The notes: generated from the letters alone by a model not told the origin. Counted from the first letter of the stretch, positions 9,476 through 19,296 are shown. The stretch: 64,000 bases of DNA from Opitutia bacterium (GCA_050506795.1 JBJHCF010000008.1:32001-96000); one strand, 5' to 3'. Made by a program: numbers and translations.

Positions 9476-9479
9476 TTAA

Positions 9480-9504
9480 GACGATCGTCACGCGACTTTA
9501 TTTC
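9480..9504 (-). promoter_or_regulatory. ECF-type promoter GAAAT-N16-CGTC (DUF3047)
   Basis: GAAAT aaagtcgcgtgacgat CGTC. Confidence 0.6.
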
Positions 9505-9599
9505 CTGGAAATAACCACCGCCTTCTCTCACGAATATCGGCCGAGATACGCCACCTCGATTGACCCCCACAGCGGTGCTCGAGAATTCGGATTCCGATG

Positions 9600-9624
9600 G
9601 GAATACTTCTGCTCCCGGTACGTC
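9600..9624 (+). promoter_or_regulatory. ECF-type promoter GGAAT-N16-CGTC
   Basis: GGAAT acttctgctcccggta CGTC upstream of ORF 9652. Confidence 0.7.
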
Positions 9625-9651
9625 TCACTTCGTATCACAAATACAAATCCC

Positions 9652-10068
9652 ATGATGACCCAACCCATGACCCAACCCACCAACAACACCACCGAGCCAT
9701 TTCTGCTGATCGTTTACAATGCGGATCGCGGATTCTTTAACGCCATTTCGGCCTCAACACACAAACTGCTTTCGCCAAAAACCTATGAATGTCCGCTGTG
9801 TCAGCACACATTCGGAATCACCGGCATGTTGCAGCCCTGGAAGGAGTACCTCGACATGCAGCCGCTACCGGTGTCCTTCACCCACCGGAACGACTTTCAC
9901 AAGGATTATCCGAGACACGCCTCACTTACGCTGCCCGCTATCCTTCTCATCGATCCTGAAAAGGGGGTTACTCCGGTGCTCGAATCCAAATCCGTTCGCA
10001 ATGCCAAGAATCTCTCGCACCTCATTTCCTTGATGGAAGAACAGCTTGACGCCCTCGAGATCAAATAA
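9652..10068 (+). CDS. Conserved hypothetical CxxC protein (thioredoxin-like fold suspected)
   Basis: YNAD.G...HK..SP.TY.CPLC..TFG pattern; preceded by the ECF motif. Confidence 0.7.
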   Translation: MMTQPMTQPTNNTTEPFLLIVYNADRGFFNAISASTHKLLSPKTYECPLCQHTFGITGMLQPWKEYLDMQPLPVSFTHRNDFHKDYPRHASLTLPAILLIDPEKGVTPVLESKSVRNAKNLSHLISLMEEQLDALEIK

Positions 10069-10088
10069 CCGGTTGCCGCCTCGGACGC

Positions 10089-11414
10089 CTATCCGCCGCC
10101 GTTGAAATACCGGCTGGTTCCCAGCGCTTCGACCGCTTCTCCAATCCTTTGAAGCGCCAGCACATAGGCGGCGCGCCGCATGGAGATTCCGTGTCGATCC
10201 GCCAGGGCCTTCACCTCGCCGAATTGTTCCCGCATGCGTTTGTCCAACCGGCCATTCACCTCGTCTTCGCTCCAATAATCGCCCGAACGGTTCTGCACCC
10301 ATTCAAGGTAGCTCACCGTCACCCCGCCCGCATTGGCGAGGATGTCCGGCACGACCAGGACGCCCTTTTCATCCAGCACGGCGTCCGCCGAATCGTCGGT
10401 GGGACCGTTCGCCAGTTCGAGAACGACACCGGCCCGCACGTTTTTGGCGTTTTGTTCGCCGATGACGCCGGACAGGGCGGCCGGAATGAGAATATCGACG
10501 TCCAGAGCGAGCAATTCCTCATTGCTGAGTGTCTCGGCATCGACCGTTTCGCAAACGCTCCCTTCGCAATAGACCGCCTTGAGCTGACGCGTTTCGTTCT
10601 TGGAGTGAATCAGGCTTGGCACGTCGAATCCTTCTTTGCGGTAAATTCCCCCGCGTGAATCACTGACCGCCACCACCCGATAGCCGTCCGCATGCAGGAG
10701 CCGCGCCACCGCCTGACCGGCGTTGCCGAACCCCTGCACAGCCACGGTGGTTTTCGGAGGATTCCATCCCCGTTCCTCCTCCAACTGCTTCAAACAGATG
10801 TAACCCCCGCGACCGGTGGCCGCATCGCGTCCGAGACTGCCGCCCAGAGCGATCGGCTTTCCCGTGATGACGGCCGGTGTTCGGCGGCGGACGACGTTAG
10901 AATACTCGTCCATCATCCACCCCATGATCCGTGCGTTCGTGTACACATCGGGCGCCGGGATATCGGTTTCGGGGCCGATGAAATCGGCAATGCGGGCAAT
11001 GAACCCGCGGCTTAAACGCTCGAGTTCCCGCGTCGAAAGCGACTTCGGATCGACCATGATTCCACCCTTGGCCCCTCCCAGTGGCAGCCCCATGACCGCG
11101 CATTTGCAGGTCATCCAAAACGCCAGGGACTTGACCGTATCCAGGGTCAACCCGGGATGGAAGCGAATCCCTCCCTTGCCGGGCCCGCGCAGGTCGTTGT
11201 GGCGCACCCGATACCCCTCGAACACACGCAAACTTCCATCGTCCATCCGCACCGGCACCGATACGGTAACGATCGATTTTGGATACTTCAATCGTTCGAT
11301 CACCTCGGGATGAACATCGAGATAACCCGAGGCCTCGTCCAGCCGGGCAATCGCTCTTTCGTAACTTCCGCTGGAAGCGTTTTCGGTTCGTTGGGCCTTT
11401 TCGCGGTCAGACAT
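10089..11414 (-). CDS. gdhA: Glu/Leu/Phe/Val (glutamate) dehydrogenase
   Basis: [63 protein letters not shown]. Confidence 0.93.
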   Translation of the reverse strand: MSDREKAQRTENASSGSYERAIARLDEASGYLDVHPEVIERLKYPKSIVTVSVPVRMDDGSLRVFEGYRVRHNDLRGPGKGGIRFHPGLTLDTVKSLAFWMTCKCAVMGLPLGGAKGGIMVDPKSLSTRELERLSRGFIARIADFIGPETDIPAPDVYTNARIMGWMMDEYSNVVRRRTPAVITGKPIALGGSLGRDAATGRGGYICLKQLEEERGWNPPKTTVAVQGFGNAGQAVARLLHADGYRVVAVSDSRGGIYRKEGFDVPSLIHSKNETRQLKAVYCEGSVCETVDAETLSNEELLALDVDILIPAALSGVIGEQNAKNVRAGVVLELANGPTDDSADAVLDEKGVLVVPDILANAGGVTVSYLEWVQNRSGDYWSEDEVNGRLDKRMREQFGEVKALADRHGISMRRAAYVLALQRIGEAVEALGTSRYFNGGG

Positions 11415-11496
11415 AAAATTTGATGTTTCGCCTCCGCCACTCGTGTTCTCGGAAGCTCCGAACGTGGTCGGATCCTCGGCAAAGCTTAGCGCATGA

Positions 11497-11521
11497 GACG
11501 AAGCAAACGAAAGTTAATTCC
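11497..11521 (-). promoter_or_regulatory. ECF-type promoter GGAAT-N16-CGTC (gdhA)
   Basis: GGAAT taactttcgtttgctt CGTC. Confidence 0.65.
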
Positions 11522-11688
11522 GCCCACGTCCCAATCAGTACCCTAAAATCTGTGGTTAAGAGTTACCTCTTGATTCGGGATCATTCCGCAAAGGGGGGGA
11601 TGCTACGATCAAGCGCCTTATTCGTGCCATTCCAAACGATCCGCTGACCGGGCAACCGGTAACGTTCAGCAATCGCCACTTTTTACTT

Positions 11689-12324
11689 TCAACTTTCAAC
11701 TTTTACCTTCGAAGAAATCCTCATCATCCCCCACAGCGGGCGAATACGGAAATGCGTGGTGACGACGTTTTCGATTCCCGCCGATTCAAGATATCCGCGA
11801 ATCTGCTCCGCACGGTAAATCTGTTTCACCGAGGCGTCGCGGGCCCGAAGCCAGACGGAATACAAACGCATCGCCGGAAAATCGGCACACCAGTCTGTGA
11901 CAACCAACGTTCCCCCGGGACGGAGCACGCGCCCCATTTCCGAAATCGCCCGTCGCGCATCGGAAAAATAATGCAGGGCGCTCACACTGACCACGACATC
12001 GAACACGTCGTCTGCGAACGAAAGGGCTTCAGCCTCTCCCCGCTTCAGTTCCACCCTCCCTTCGCTCCGTTCCCTCGCTCTGTCCAGCATCGCTTCCGTG
12101 GGATCCACCCCGTGCAAAGCCAGCCCCGGGTGCGCGCTTCCCAGCCTCTCCAGCAAGACCCCCGTCCCGCACCCGACATCCAGCACCCGCTCGTCGCCGC
12201 CCAACTCCAACGCCTCCAGGGTTCGCCCGACGGAGACGTCCACGTAATGCCGCCAGCGCCGGTCGTAAATGCCCGCGAGCGAGTTGTATTCGTCCTGAAC
12301 ACCCATCCGACACATCAGACTCAT
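11689..12324 (-). CDS. Class I SAM-dependent methyltransferase
   Basis: VLDVGCGTG, FDVVVS..ALHY, RVLRPGG. Confidence 0.9.
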   Translation of the reverse strand: MSLMCRMGVQDEYNSLAGIYDRRWRHYVDVSVGRTLEALELGGDERVLDVGCGTGVLLERLGSAHPGLALHGVDPTEAMLDRARERSEGRVELKRGEAEALSFADDVFDVVVSVSALHYFSDARRAISEMGRVLRPGGTLVVTDWCADFPAMRLYSVWLRARDASVKQIYRAEQIRGYLESAGIENVVTTHFRIRPLWGMMRISSKVKVES

Positions 12325-12460
12325 GATTGGGGAAAAGTCAGCCGCAAAACAAAACTTTCAAGGTCCTCGACTTCGGCAAGGACATCCGAAGACTGAGTTG
12401 ACGCCAAGTTATTCAGCCCGAGGCCATTCCGTCACGGTTGTGCCCCAGCTTTCGCCGTTC

Positions 12461-12485
12461 GGAATAATCCACGCACCGACTCGTC
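12461..12485 (+). promoter_or_regulatory. ECF-type promoter GGAAT-N16-CGTC (DoxX, near-leaderless)
   Basis: GGAAT aatccacgcaccgact CGTC, 8 nt before ATG 12494. Confidence 0.7.
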
Positions 12486-12493
12486 CCAGAGAA

Positions 12494-12919
12494 ATGGATC
12501 ACATTGATAAAAAACTCGGTATCGCTCTTCTGCTTCTTCGCCTCGGGGTGTTCATCGTCATGTTCATGTGGACGTTGGACAAGTTCCTCCACCCCGATCA
12601 CGCCGCTGCGGTCTTTGCGAACTTCTACATGTTGGAAGGGCTCGGAGAAGGCGCTTTTTTCCTGATCGGCGCGGTGCAATTGGTGATCGTTCTCGGATTT
12701 GTCGCCGGAATGTTCCGTGCCTGGAGCTACGGACTCGTGCTGGCGATGCACACCGTCTCCACCTTCTCTTCCTGGAGGCAGTACCTGGATCCTTTTGAGA
12801 ACCTGCTCTTTTTCGCCGCCTGGCCTATGCTGGCGGCCTGTGTCGCCCTTTTTCTCCTAAGAAAATCCGACCGACTTCTGAACTTCGACGCCTGGCGGGA
12901 GAATAAAACGGCGGCTTGA
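12494..12919 (+). CDS. DoxX family membrane protein
   Basis: LLLRLGVF.VM.MW.LDKF..P.HA..VF..FY, LFFAAWPMLAA. Confidence 0.8.
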   Translation: MDHIDKKLGIALLLLRLGVFIVMFMWTLDKFLHPDHAAAVFANFYMLEGLGEGAFFLIGAVQLVIVLGFVAGMFRAWSYGLVLAMHTVSTFSSWRQYLDPFENLLFFAAWPMLAACVALFLLRKSDRLLNFDAWRENKTAA

Positions 12920-12928
12920 TTGGAGCGT

Positions 12929-12964
12929 AAAAAACCCGGACAGGGCTCTTTCGGCCCTGCCCGG
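12929..12964 (-). terminator. Rho-independent terminator hairpin between convergent genes
   Basis: CCGGACAGGGC..GCCCTGCCCGG stem with an A-tract on + (U-tract on -). Confidence 0.6.
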
Positions 12965-12994
12965 CGGGATGTATGATAGAGCCTCTCCAGCGTT

Positions 12995-13180
12995 TCAGGA
13001 GGTCGCCGCGGCGATCTTGTTCCGGATGTCCTCGGCGGAATCCGCCCCCGTGATCCGTTCGACCACCTCGCGACTCTCCGCGTCGATCAGGAGGAGAAAC
13101 CCGGTTCTTCCCGCGTTCTCGCTGAAATGCTCGCCGAGTTGGAGCGCGTTCGCGAGCATCGCGGTGTGCCGGGTCGAAGC
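12995..13180 (-). pseudogene. C-terminal remnant of a thioredoxin-like protein
   Basis: A..LQLGE.F.EN.GRTGFLLLIDAESREVVERIT resembles a thioredoxin-domain C-terminus; no CxxC-containing N-terminus. Confidence 0.4.
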
Positions 13181-13297
13181 CGCCGCAGGGAACGCCGTCG
13201 CCGCAGCCCGCCGGTTCGGGATGATTGTAGAGAGCCTCGAACGTGTTGATACCTTATTTCCTTGGTTTTCCAGCAATGTCTGGGAATCATTTTAGAC

Positions 13298-13561
13298 ATG
13301 AAATCCGTGGCGCTAGTCACGCCGGCTTCGGCGCAACGCGAACCGAAGCCGTGGCCAGACCTGAGAAAACGACTCGCCGGCGCCCACGAAAAGCTCAAAC
13401 GGCGGGCGCCATCGGCATCAGACCTCATTTACCGCGAAAGGGGTTGAGGGGTGAGCGCGGCACTCTATTTGGGCTGCGCCGTTTTCGTAACCGGGGATAC
13501 AAGGCAGTCCAAACTGGCAAAGGCGGCAGGTCTCAACGCGGTCGATATCTTCCAGCGCTGA
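13298..13561 (+). pseudogene. Decayed Phd/VapB antitoxin and VapC (PIN) toxin remnant
   Basis: 13298-13447 VALVTP...PWPDLRKRL...DLIYRERG (antitoxin C-half); 13451-13561 SAALYLGCAVFVTGDTRQSKLAKAAGL (PIN C-terminus). Confidence 0.55.
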
Positions 13562-13665
13562 CGCCTTGATAATGTCATTGTACAAGGAAACCGGCATCCG
13601 ACCTATGCGTCGTCAGGTGAGCCGTAGTCCCGCGGGTGCGAGACGATGGTGAATTCCTTGCGGTG

Positions 13666-14187
13666 TCACCCGTAAAATATCTGGGTGATATAGAGAAATT
13701 CACGTTTCCGACTGACGCCAATCCCGGACAGCTTGAAATCGGGATCCATGAGATCCTTACGGTAGGCTTCGTTTCCCGCGAGTTCCCGGTATAGCCGAAA
13801 GGCAATTTCCTTTGCCCGCTCATGGAGCCGGCCGGTTGTCCCTATGGAGACGGCGGCGACATACTCCGCCTTCTTCTTTTTATACCCTTCGCGTCCCAAC
13901 CAAAGAATGAGGAGCCCCAGCAACGCGAATACCCAGGCAACGAGGAATCCCAGCGTAATCAGCGACCAGGCGATCGTGGCTTCGATCGGGTTCTTTATCA
14001 GTTCGGGAATCTTCGATGGTTTGGTGTGCTCCCAAAGTTTTTCCTTTCGCGACATTCGTTGACTGTGATTTCTCGCCAATCTCGAAAGGACTGGGTTCGG
14101 TTTGAGCTCCTTACGCGTATGTTTCGCGCGTTCCGCAGCGCACTGAGAAAAGACCGCGGCTTCGATGTTTTTCCGGTAGGGTCTCAT
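13666..14187 (-). CDS. CAP/SCP domain-like protein with an internal hydrophobic segment
   Basis: L..LARNHS.RM and YR..LMDP.F...GIGV....YITQ.F. Confidence 0.65.
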   Translation of the reverse strand: MRPYRKNIEAAVFSQCAAERAKHTRKELKPNPVLSRLARNHSQRMSRKEKLWEHTKPSKIPELIKNPIEATIAWSLITLGFLVAWVFALLGLLILWLGREGYKKKKAEYVAAVSIGTTGRLHERAKEIAFRLYRELAGNEAYRKDLMDPDFKLSGIGVSRKREFLYITQIFYG

Positions 14188-14523
14188 ACGTGACTCATGG
14201 TTGTTCCGGATCTGGAAAGGACTTTACATGTGTATCGAATTCCTCGAGTGCCAACGGTTTCATGCGAGACAACCCTATCGGGCCGACCCGAATCTCACAA
14301 GCCTTCCGAGACGGAAAAATCGTTCCGGAAGCGATTGAAATTCGCAACGAAGATCGAGTTTCGCTCCATGATCCAGACCGAAATGATGGAATATCGAAAT
14401 TCAGCGAGGTGAGCCGTCCCAATTAATTGCGCGCCGGGAACGCGTGTTCCCGGGGTGGGCGGGGAATGGCTGCGCTCGCCTACGCGGTTTGGGTCGAACC
14501 GGACTGGGACGCCCAAAGCTACT

Positions 14524-15021
14524 TCAGCGTCCGTCCGCCCGTCCGTAACCCGGCGCCGTTCTCAAATCCGGCCAGGTCTCGTCCGCACGGGCGATCAATT
14601 CCTCGCTGTTGCCAGCCCAGCCTGCGTGGATGCCCGGAGTAAGATTAAAGAACAGCCGTCCGTCGATCACGTCGAACGCAGCCGGGTGCATATCGTCTTT
14701 GTAACCACTGGCCACGCCGAGAGCGCAGTAACCGCCATAGGCCGGAATATAATCCTCCGGAGCCTCCAGAAAGCGGTCCCGGTTCTCCTCCGACGAGAAC
14801 TGAAAGATGGCGTCTTCCCATTCGGCGGTGATTTCCGGAGAACCTTCGACCGCTCGATCCTCCGTGAAATAGGCCACAACGTCGTACCCCTTCACCGCGA
14901 TCCCATCCTCCGTACGATTGATCGGCCCGTCGCCGTCGAAGGAAAGCGAAAAGGGAAAAGACAACGCTTCAGACAGCATTCCCCCGGATCCGGTAAAAAC
15001 AACTCCGGACAAACCTAACAC
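14524..15021 (-). CDS. YHS-domain (seleno)protein family member, Cys form; start uncertain
   Basis: A.KGYDVVAYF, F.S.ENRD.F...PE.Y.PAYGGYCA.GV. Confidence 0.85.
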   Translation of the reverse strand: MLGLSGVVFTGSGGMLSEALSFPFSLSFDGDGPINRTEDGIAVKGYDVVAYFTEDRAVEGSPEITAEWEDAIFQFSSEENRDRFLEAPEDYIPAYGGYCALGVASGYKDDMHPAAFDVIDGRLFFNLTPGIHAGWAGNSEELIARADETWPDLRTAPGYGRADGR

Positions 15022-15142
15022 CAGGCCGGCACAGACGAGTCAAGTCTTGCAGAAGCAGTCAAAAACGTAGCCCCCGGGGAATTTGTTTAACTCACCCCCC
15101 CGGCCCCTCTGTCCGCCTCGTCCCGAAAACCACCACCAACGC

Positions 15143-15175
15143 TTGACAGAGACCCCAAGGATAACGGATGTTATC
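15143..15175 (+). promoter_or_regulatory. TTGACA box and inverted-repeat operator of the TA operon
   Basis: TTGACA at 15143 and GATAAC-ggat-GTTATC at 15160-15175, directly before the antitoxin ATG. Confidence 0.5.
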
Positions 15176-15177
15176 AC

Positions 15178-15408
15178 ATGGCCATGGAAACCAAAGTTCG
15201 CAGAATCGGCAATTCGCTGGGGATTGTGTTGCCCAAGGAAGCGTTGTACACGCTCAAGGTGGAAGAAGGCGCCAAGCTTTACCTGACCGGGGGACCGGAG
15301 GGTTCTCTGCGGATCACTCCCGAACGCCCCGGGTTCAAGGAGAAAATGGAAATCGCCGAAAGCCTCATGCAGCGATATCGCAACGCACTCCGTGAATTGG
15401 CCAAATGA
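15178..15408 (+). CDS. AbrB/MazE-fold antitoxin
   Basis: KVRRIGNSLGIVLPKE, RYRNALRELAK; ATGA overlap with doc. Confidence 0.9.
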   Translation: MAMETKVRRIGNSLGIVLPKEALYTLKVEEGAKLYLTGGPEGSLRITPERPGFKEKMEIAESLMQRYRNALRELAK

Positions 15409-15791
15409 GCGACCCGGTTTGGATCGAAACCGCCGACGCCCTCGCCATTCACGGTGAGCTGCTCCAGCGCTTCGGCGGAGCCGCGGGTGTCCGGGACGAA
15501 AAACTCCTCGAATCCGCACTTGACCGCCCAAAGAACGTGCACGCATACGGCGAACCTTCTCTCTTCGAGTTGGCCGCGGCCTATGCGGCCGGCATCATTA
15601 AAAACCATCCGTTTCTGGACGGAAACAAACGGACCGGTTTCATTGCCGCCGCGCTGTTTCTCGAATCCAACGGCATGCAATTTCAAGCCCCCGAAGAACA
15701 AGTCGTCGAGCGCACCTTCGCCCTCGCCGCCGGTGAAATCAAGGAGTCGGATTACGCCGCGTGGCTCGAGCGGTCGTGCGGGACGGAGTAA
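15405..15791 (+). CDS. doc: Death-on-curing (Fic/Doc) toxin
   Basis: GG..GVRD..LLESAL.RP, HPFLDGNKRT. Confidence 0.92.
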   Translation: MSDPVWIETADALAIHGELLQRFGGAAGVRDEKLLESALDRPKNVHAYGEPSLFELAAAYAAGIIKNHPFLDGNKRTGFIAAALFLESNGMQFQAPEEQVVERTFALAAGEIKESDYAAWLERSCGTE

Positions 15792-15825
15792 ACGCTTCCC
15801 CAAAATCTCATCGTCAGCCATCTTT

Positions 15826-15891
15826 TTGAAACTACGCTTCACACGGATTGCGCTCGTAATTGCGCCGGTATCGGGTGTTGAACGTGGCAAC
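15826..15891 (-). pseudogene. About 66-bp diverged fragment of the DUF3179 gene (matches 18550-18615)
   Basis: Shared TACGCTTCA.ACGGATTGCGCTCGTAATTGCGCC.GTATC. Confidence 0.7.
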
Positions 15892-15910
15892 GGAGATTTA
15901 CGCCAACGAT

Positions 15911-15935
15911 GAAATAAATCCCGTTTCTTTTCGTC
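15911..15935 (+). promoter_or_regulatory. ECF-type promoter GAAAT-N16-CGTC (AhpD-like)
   Basis: GAAAT aaatcccgtttctttt CGTC. Confidence 0.6.
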
Positions 15936-16015
15936 TTCCCATAAGTAAGCAGGCGGCTTGGGTTCTCGAAACCTTCCCCCTCAAACCAGATAACCAATCG
16001 AAAAGTCCAGATTCT

Positions 16016-16570
16016 ATGAAATTCACCTTGCACACAAAGGAAACGGCGCCGGAGGCCTCGAAACCCATTCTCGATCAAACGGAAAACAACTATGGCTTCA
16101 TCCCGAATATCCACGGGATCCTCGCCGAGTCGCCGGTCGCCCTCTCGGCCTACGCCCACATCACCGATCAATTGCAGAAAAACGGCGCGCTCAACGCTCA
16201 GGAACAGCAGATCGCCATGATCGCCGTGAGCGAGACCAACGGCTGCGACTACTGCGTGGCGGCGCACAGCATGGTGGCCGGCATGAGCAAGGTGCCGGAG
16301 GAGACCGTCAACGCCCTGCGCGAAGGCAAGGAACCTTCCGATCCAAAACAGGCCGCACTGGTCCGTTTCACCAAGGCCGTCCTCGAACACCGCGGATGGG
16401 TGCCGGAAGACGCGCAAAAGGCGTTCCTGGACGCCGGCTACACCCATCGGCACCTCCTCGATGTCCTGAGCGTCGTGGCGTTGAAAACCCTGAGCAACTA
16501 CACGAATCATCTCGCCCAAACGCCGCTGGACGCTGCCTTCGAGGCGCATAGCTGGAGCAGGAAAGGTTGA
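16016..16570 (+). CDS. Carboxymuconolactone decarboxylase / AhpD-like peroxidase-related protein
   Basis: GFIPN...LAESP, NGCDYCVAAH, KTLSNYTNH. Confidence 0.88.
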   Translation: MKFTLHTKETAPEASKPILDQTENNYGFIPNIHGILAESPVALSAYAHITDQLQKNGALNAQEQQIAMIAVSETNGCDYCVAAHSMVAGMSKVPEETVNALREGKEPSDPKQAALVRFTKAVLEHRGWVPEDAQKAFLDAGYTHRHLLDVLSVVALKTLSNYTNHLAQTPLDAAFEAHSWSRKG

Positions 16571-16726
16571 CGATCGGCCCGCGAACCGCATCAACTTGCG
16601 GCATCGCTCCCCTGATGAACCTTATCGCGGCAATAGCCAGCGGCGATAAGGTTGAATGAAGCCTTCGAACCCCACCCGCACTGGGACTTCTCCTTTTTCG
16701 AAAAAGTCGCCTCCGGCCTGCGTGAA

Positions 16727-16904
16727 CTCATTTCCATGATGGAAGAACGGCTCGACGCCCTGGGGATCAAGTAGGCGGTCATCACCGCCTATCCGCCGCC
16801 GTTGAAATAGCGGTTGGTTCCCAGCGCCTCGACGGCTTCGCCGATCCGTTGAAGCGCCAGAACATAGGCGGCACGCCGCATGGAAATCCCGTGTCGATCC
16901 GCCA
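16727..16904. pseudogene. Diverged copy of the convergent 3' ends of ORF 9652 and gdhA (matches 10021-10204)
   Basis: Encodes [30 protein letters not shown] with mostly synonymous changes relative to gdhA. Confidence 0.85.
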
Positions 16905-17062
16905 CGACCTATGCTACAGGCGAAGGCCCGATGCGGCGGGCTCTGGTCTATCAGGGAATTTTTCAATCCACCACGAACTCCAGTTCGTACTCCCCCCACG
17001 GACGTCCATCGCCGTTGGGGTCGAGGGAGCCGCCGGTGTGGGCGTGGCGGATGGCGGCGCTG

Positions 17063-17437
17063 CTAATCGATTTTTGGCCAAAAGCGAACGTGCCCGCGTT
17101 CCAAAATCGTGAGACGCCGCGGCAGGCTCTTTACGAGGTCCGGCTTGAGCAGTAAGGATTCAAGGACATCCGCAATCTCATTGGCCCTGTCGTATTCCGG
17201 AACTCGAAGGACGAGTATGCCGGGGCAATCTTGTGGCGGGTGCGCGCGAATGTCGGCGAAATCCAGATCGCGAGTCACCAAAATAGCCTCCATCGCCTTC
17301 GCACGCTCCGCGATCAACGGATCAGGAGCATCGGCCAGGCCTATGTCTCTGACATGCTCGGCTCGATGTCCGTGCTTTTTCAAGACAGCCCATGCGGATC
17401 GCGGCAGGTTCGCATCGACGAGGAAGCGCTGGGACAT
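17063..17437 (-). CDS. DUF5615 PIN-like toxin
   Basis: FLVDANLP, GH...HVRD.GL..APD, TRDLDF. Confidence 0.85.
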   Translation of the reverse strand: MSQRFLVDANLPRSAWAVLKKHGHRAEHVRDIGLADAPDPLIAERAKAMEAILVTRDLDFADIRAHPPQDCPGILVLRVPEYDRANEIADVLESLLLKPDLVKSLPRRLTILERGHVRFWPKID

Positions 17438-17664
17438 CACGCCGAAAGCGGGTAAAAAGACCGTTCGTTGAGGAGATCCCCGGCGAATTTAAGGGCCGAC
17501 CGGATCTGTTCCTCCGTGAGGTCGTACTCCCTTGCCACCTCATCGAACGACATTCCACCCGCCAGGCTTCCCACCACAATCGCAACCGGCACGCGGGTTC
17601 CCGCGATGACGGGTTTGCCGTGGCAGATCGAGGGGTCAATCACGATGGAGTTCGACGGATTCAT
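17437..17664 (-). CDS. DUF433 antitoxin
   Basis: IDP.ICHGKPVI.GTRVPV, LT.EQI..AL. Confidence 0.88.
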   Translation of the reverse strand: MNPSNSIVIDPSICHGKPVIAGTRVPVAIVVGSLAGGMSFDEVAREYDLTEEQIRSALKFAGDLLNERSFYPLSA

Positions 17665-18006
17665 ACCACCATTGTCGCACTTACCCAGTCGAATGCAAGT
17701 CGGGATCGACCGGGTAACCGCGGGTGATCCAAATCTCATTCGAAACGGTGCGACCTACGGAATGCCGGATAAGAACACCATCGTTATCTGGATCGGCGAT
17801 GCCTCGTCCGGCACGCCCGCGATCCGATTCGAGATCGATTGCGCCCGATGCCTTTTCTATCCGGAGGCATAGTCCCCCTACTTCAGCCACAAAGAGCACA
17901 AGGATCACGGGAGGAAAGGAGCTCCGTTGTCATCAATGGTTACCGTGATTCCTTGCCAAATCCTCTCCTCAATTTTCGCTATTCGCTGTTTGCCCCGGGT
18001 TCCATC

Positions 18007-18072
18007 CGCCGGCTTAAGCACGGCGCTACGGAGTGAGGGGCTGGTCGCGTAGGTCCGCGCTTAAGCCGGACC
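18007..18072. repeat. Inverted pair of GTAG-type REP palindromes
   Basis: CGCCGGCTTAAGCACGGCGCTAC ... GTAGGTCCGCGCTTAAGCCGGACC. Confidence 0.7.
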
Positions 18073-18246
18073 TTTCAAGTTGTGCAGGGTCACCGGGGTT
18101 ACAACTTCAAAGCCCATTCGAACCAGTGAGGGACCTCAATTCTCAACTGATCACGAAGCGGTGGAATACACGGGATTTTGGCGGGCAGAATGCCCGCGTT
18201 CCCAATGATTCCGACGCCACGTCCCTCGCCGCCCGCTGCCCGTTGA

Positions 18247-19227
18247 TCACCGCTCCGACTCGAAGAGGTCCGTATCGGGGTGGAACGACGCCCACGCGAA
18301 CCAGAAGGTGTGGACGGTGTGAACCCCTTCGGGTTTTTCAACAACGCGGATCGAGCCGCCGTCCGAAGACGCTTCCAATACGATCCGGCCCGCCGGCGTC
18401 TCGTCCACCACGCGCCCGTCCGGCGCCGCCGCCACTTGTGCGACGGAATAAGCCCTCGCGAATCCGTCGGCTTGAACGCCGACGACGGGCTCCTTTTCCG
18501 GGAGGCGATCGTCGTCGCCACCCTTCGCCGGAAACATCAATCCCTCCCCTTGAAAGTACGCTTCATACGGATTGCGCTCGTAATTGCGCCTGTATCCGGT
18601 TTTGAACGTGGCGACTGTCGATCCCGGATGTTCCGCGCGCCATTGGTCGAACGTGGACAGCTTCCATGGCAGATGTTCCAGCGGCCGTCCCGCGTGCGGT
18701 CCGCTGATGGCCTTGAACGCGATCTGCGACCAGAGAGCATCGTGAGTTCGGTCGTACATCAGGACGTTCGAATTGTACAAGAGTCCGCTGATTCCGAACT
18801 CAAAGACCTCTCCATCGATCCGGCGGTCGAAGACGCTCGCCGAATCGCAGAGAGGGCAATAGATGGCGGTGAAATAGGTGTCTCCGAGACGGTCGTTCAC
18901 GGCTTCATGCCAGTTCAAAAGACGGATCGGATAAGCGCGCGCCTCGCCTTCGAACGACACTCCCAGCACGCGGTCGTCGTTCTCGAGAAAATCCACCTCA
19001 TCGACGGGAACCACATCGGGATCCGTCAGCGCCGGGATCCCGTCTTTCGGGGGTCCCCCGCGGTGGATCTCATTGAGCGGGACGCGAACATCGCTCATGT
19101 CGAACTGGTCGAAAAACGAATTGCTCCCTCCCGCTCGACCGCCGTTCGAAAGGACGAACAGAATTCCAAACGACAGCACGACACCCGCGATGCCGGCCCC
19201 TCCCATGATTTTGATCATTCTATGCAT
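18247..19227 (-). CDS. DUF3179 domain protein (exported, CxxC)
   Basis: GGPPKDGIPAL, ARAYP...L.WHE.VND, YCPLC, FGISGLLYNSN..MYDR, FWFAW..FHP; GGAG RBS before ATG 19227. Confidence 0.88.
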   Translation of the reverse strand: MHRMIKIMGGAGIAGVVLSFGILFVLSNGGRAGGSNSFFDQFDMSDVRVPLNEIHRGGPPKDGIPALTDPDVVPVDEVDFLENDDRVLGVSFEGEARAYPIRLLNWHEAVNDRLGDTYFTAIYCPLCDSASVFDRRIDGEVFEFGISGLLYNSNVLMYDRTHDALWSQIAFKAISGPHAGRPLEHLPWKLSTFDQWRAEHPGSTVATFKTGYRRNYERNPYEAYFQGEGLMFPAKGGDDDRLPEKEPVVGVQADGFARAYSVAQVAAAPDGRVVDETPAGRIVLEASSDGGSIRVVEKPEGVHTVHTFWFAWASFHPDTDLFESER

Positions 19228-19271
19228 AATAGCTCCTTCCGACTCTCCTGTGTAAACCGGTTCAAGCATTC

Positions 19272-19296
19272 GACGACTCACTCGCCGGAAAATTCC
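19272..19296 (-). promoter_or_regulatory. ECF-type promoter GGAAT-N16-CGTC (DUF3179)
   Basis: GGAAT tttccggcgagtgagt CGTC. Confidence 0.65.

Noticed and set aside
15040..15042. In-frame TGA upstream of the YHS gene as a selenocysteine codon
   Set aside because: It lies in the signal-peptide region; the redox position is already Cys (GGYC)
17740..17872. Possible gene remnant (…GMPDKNTIVIWIGD…)
   Set aside because: Too short, and no family recognised
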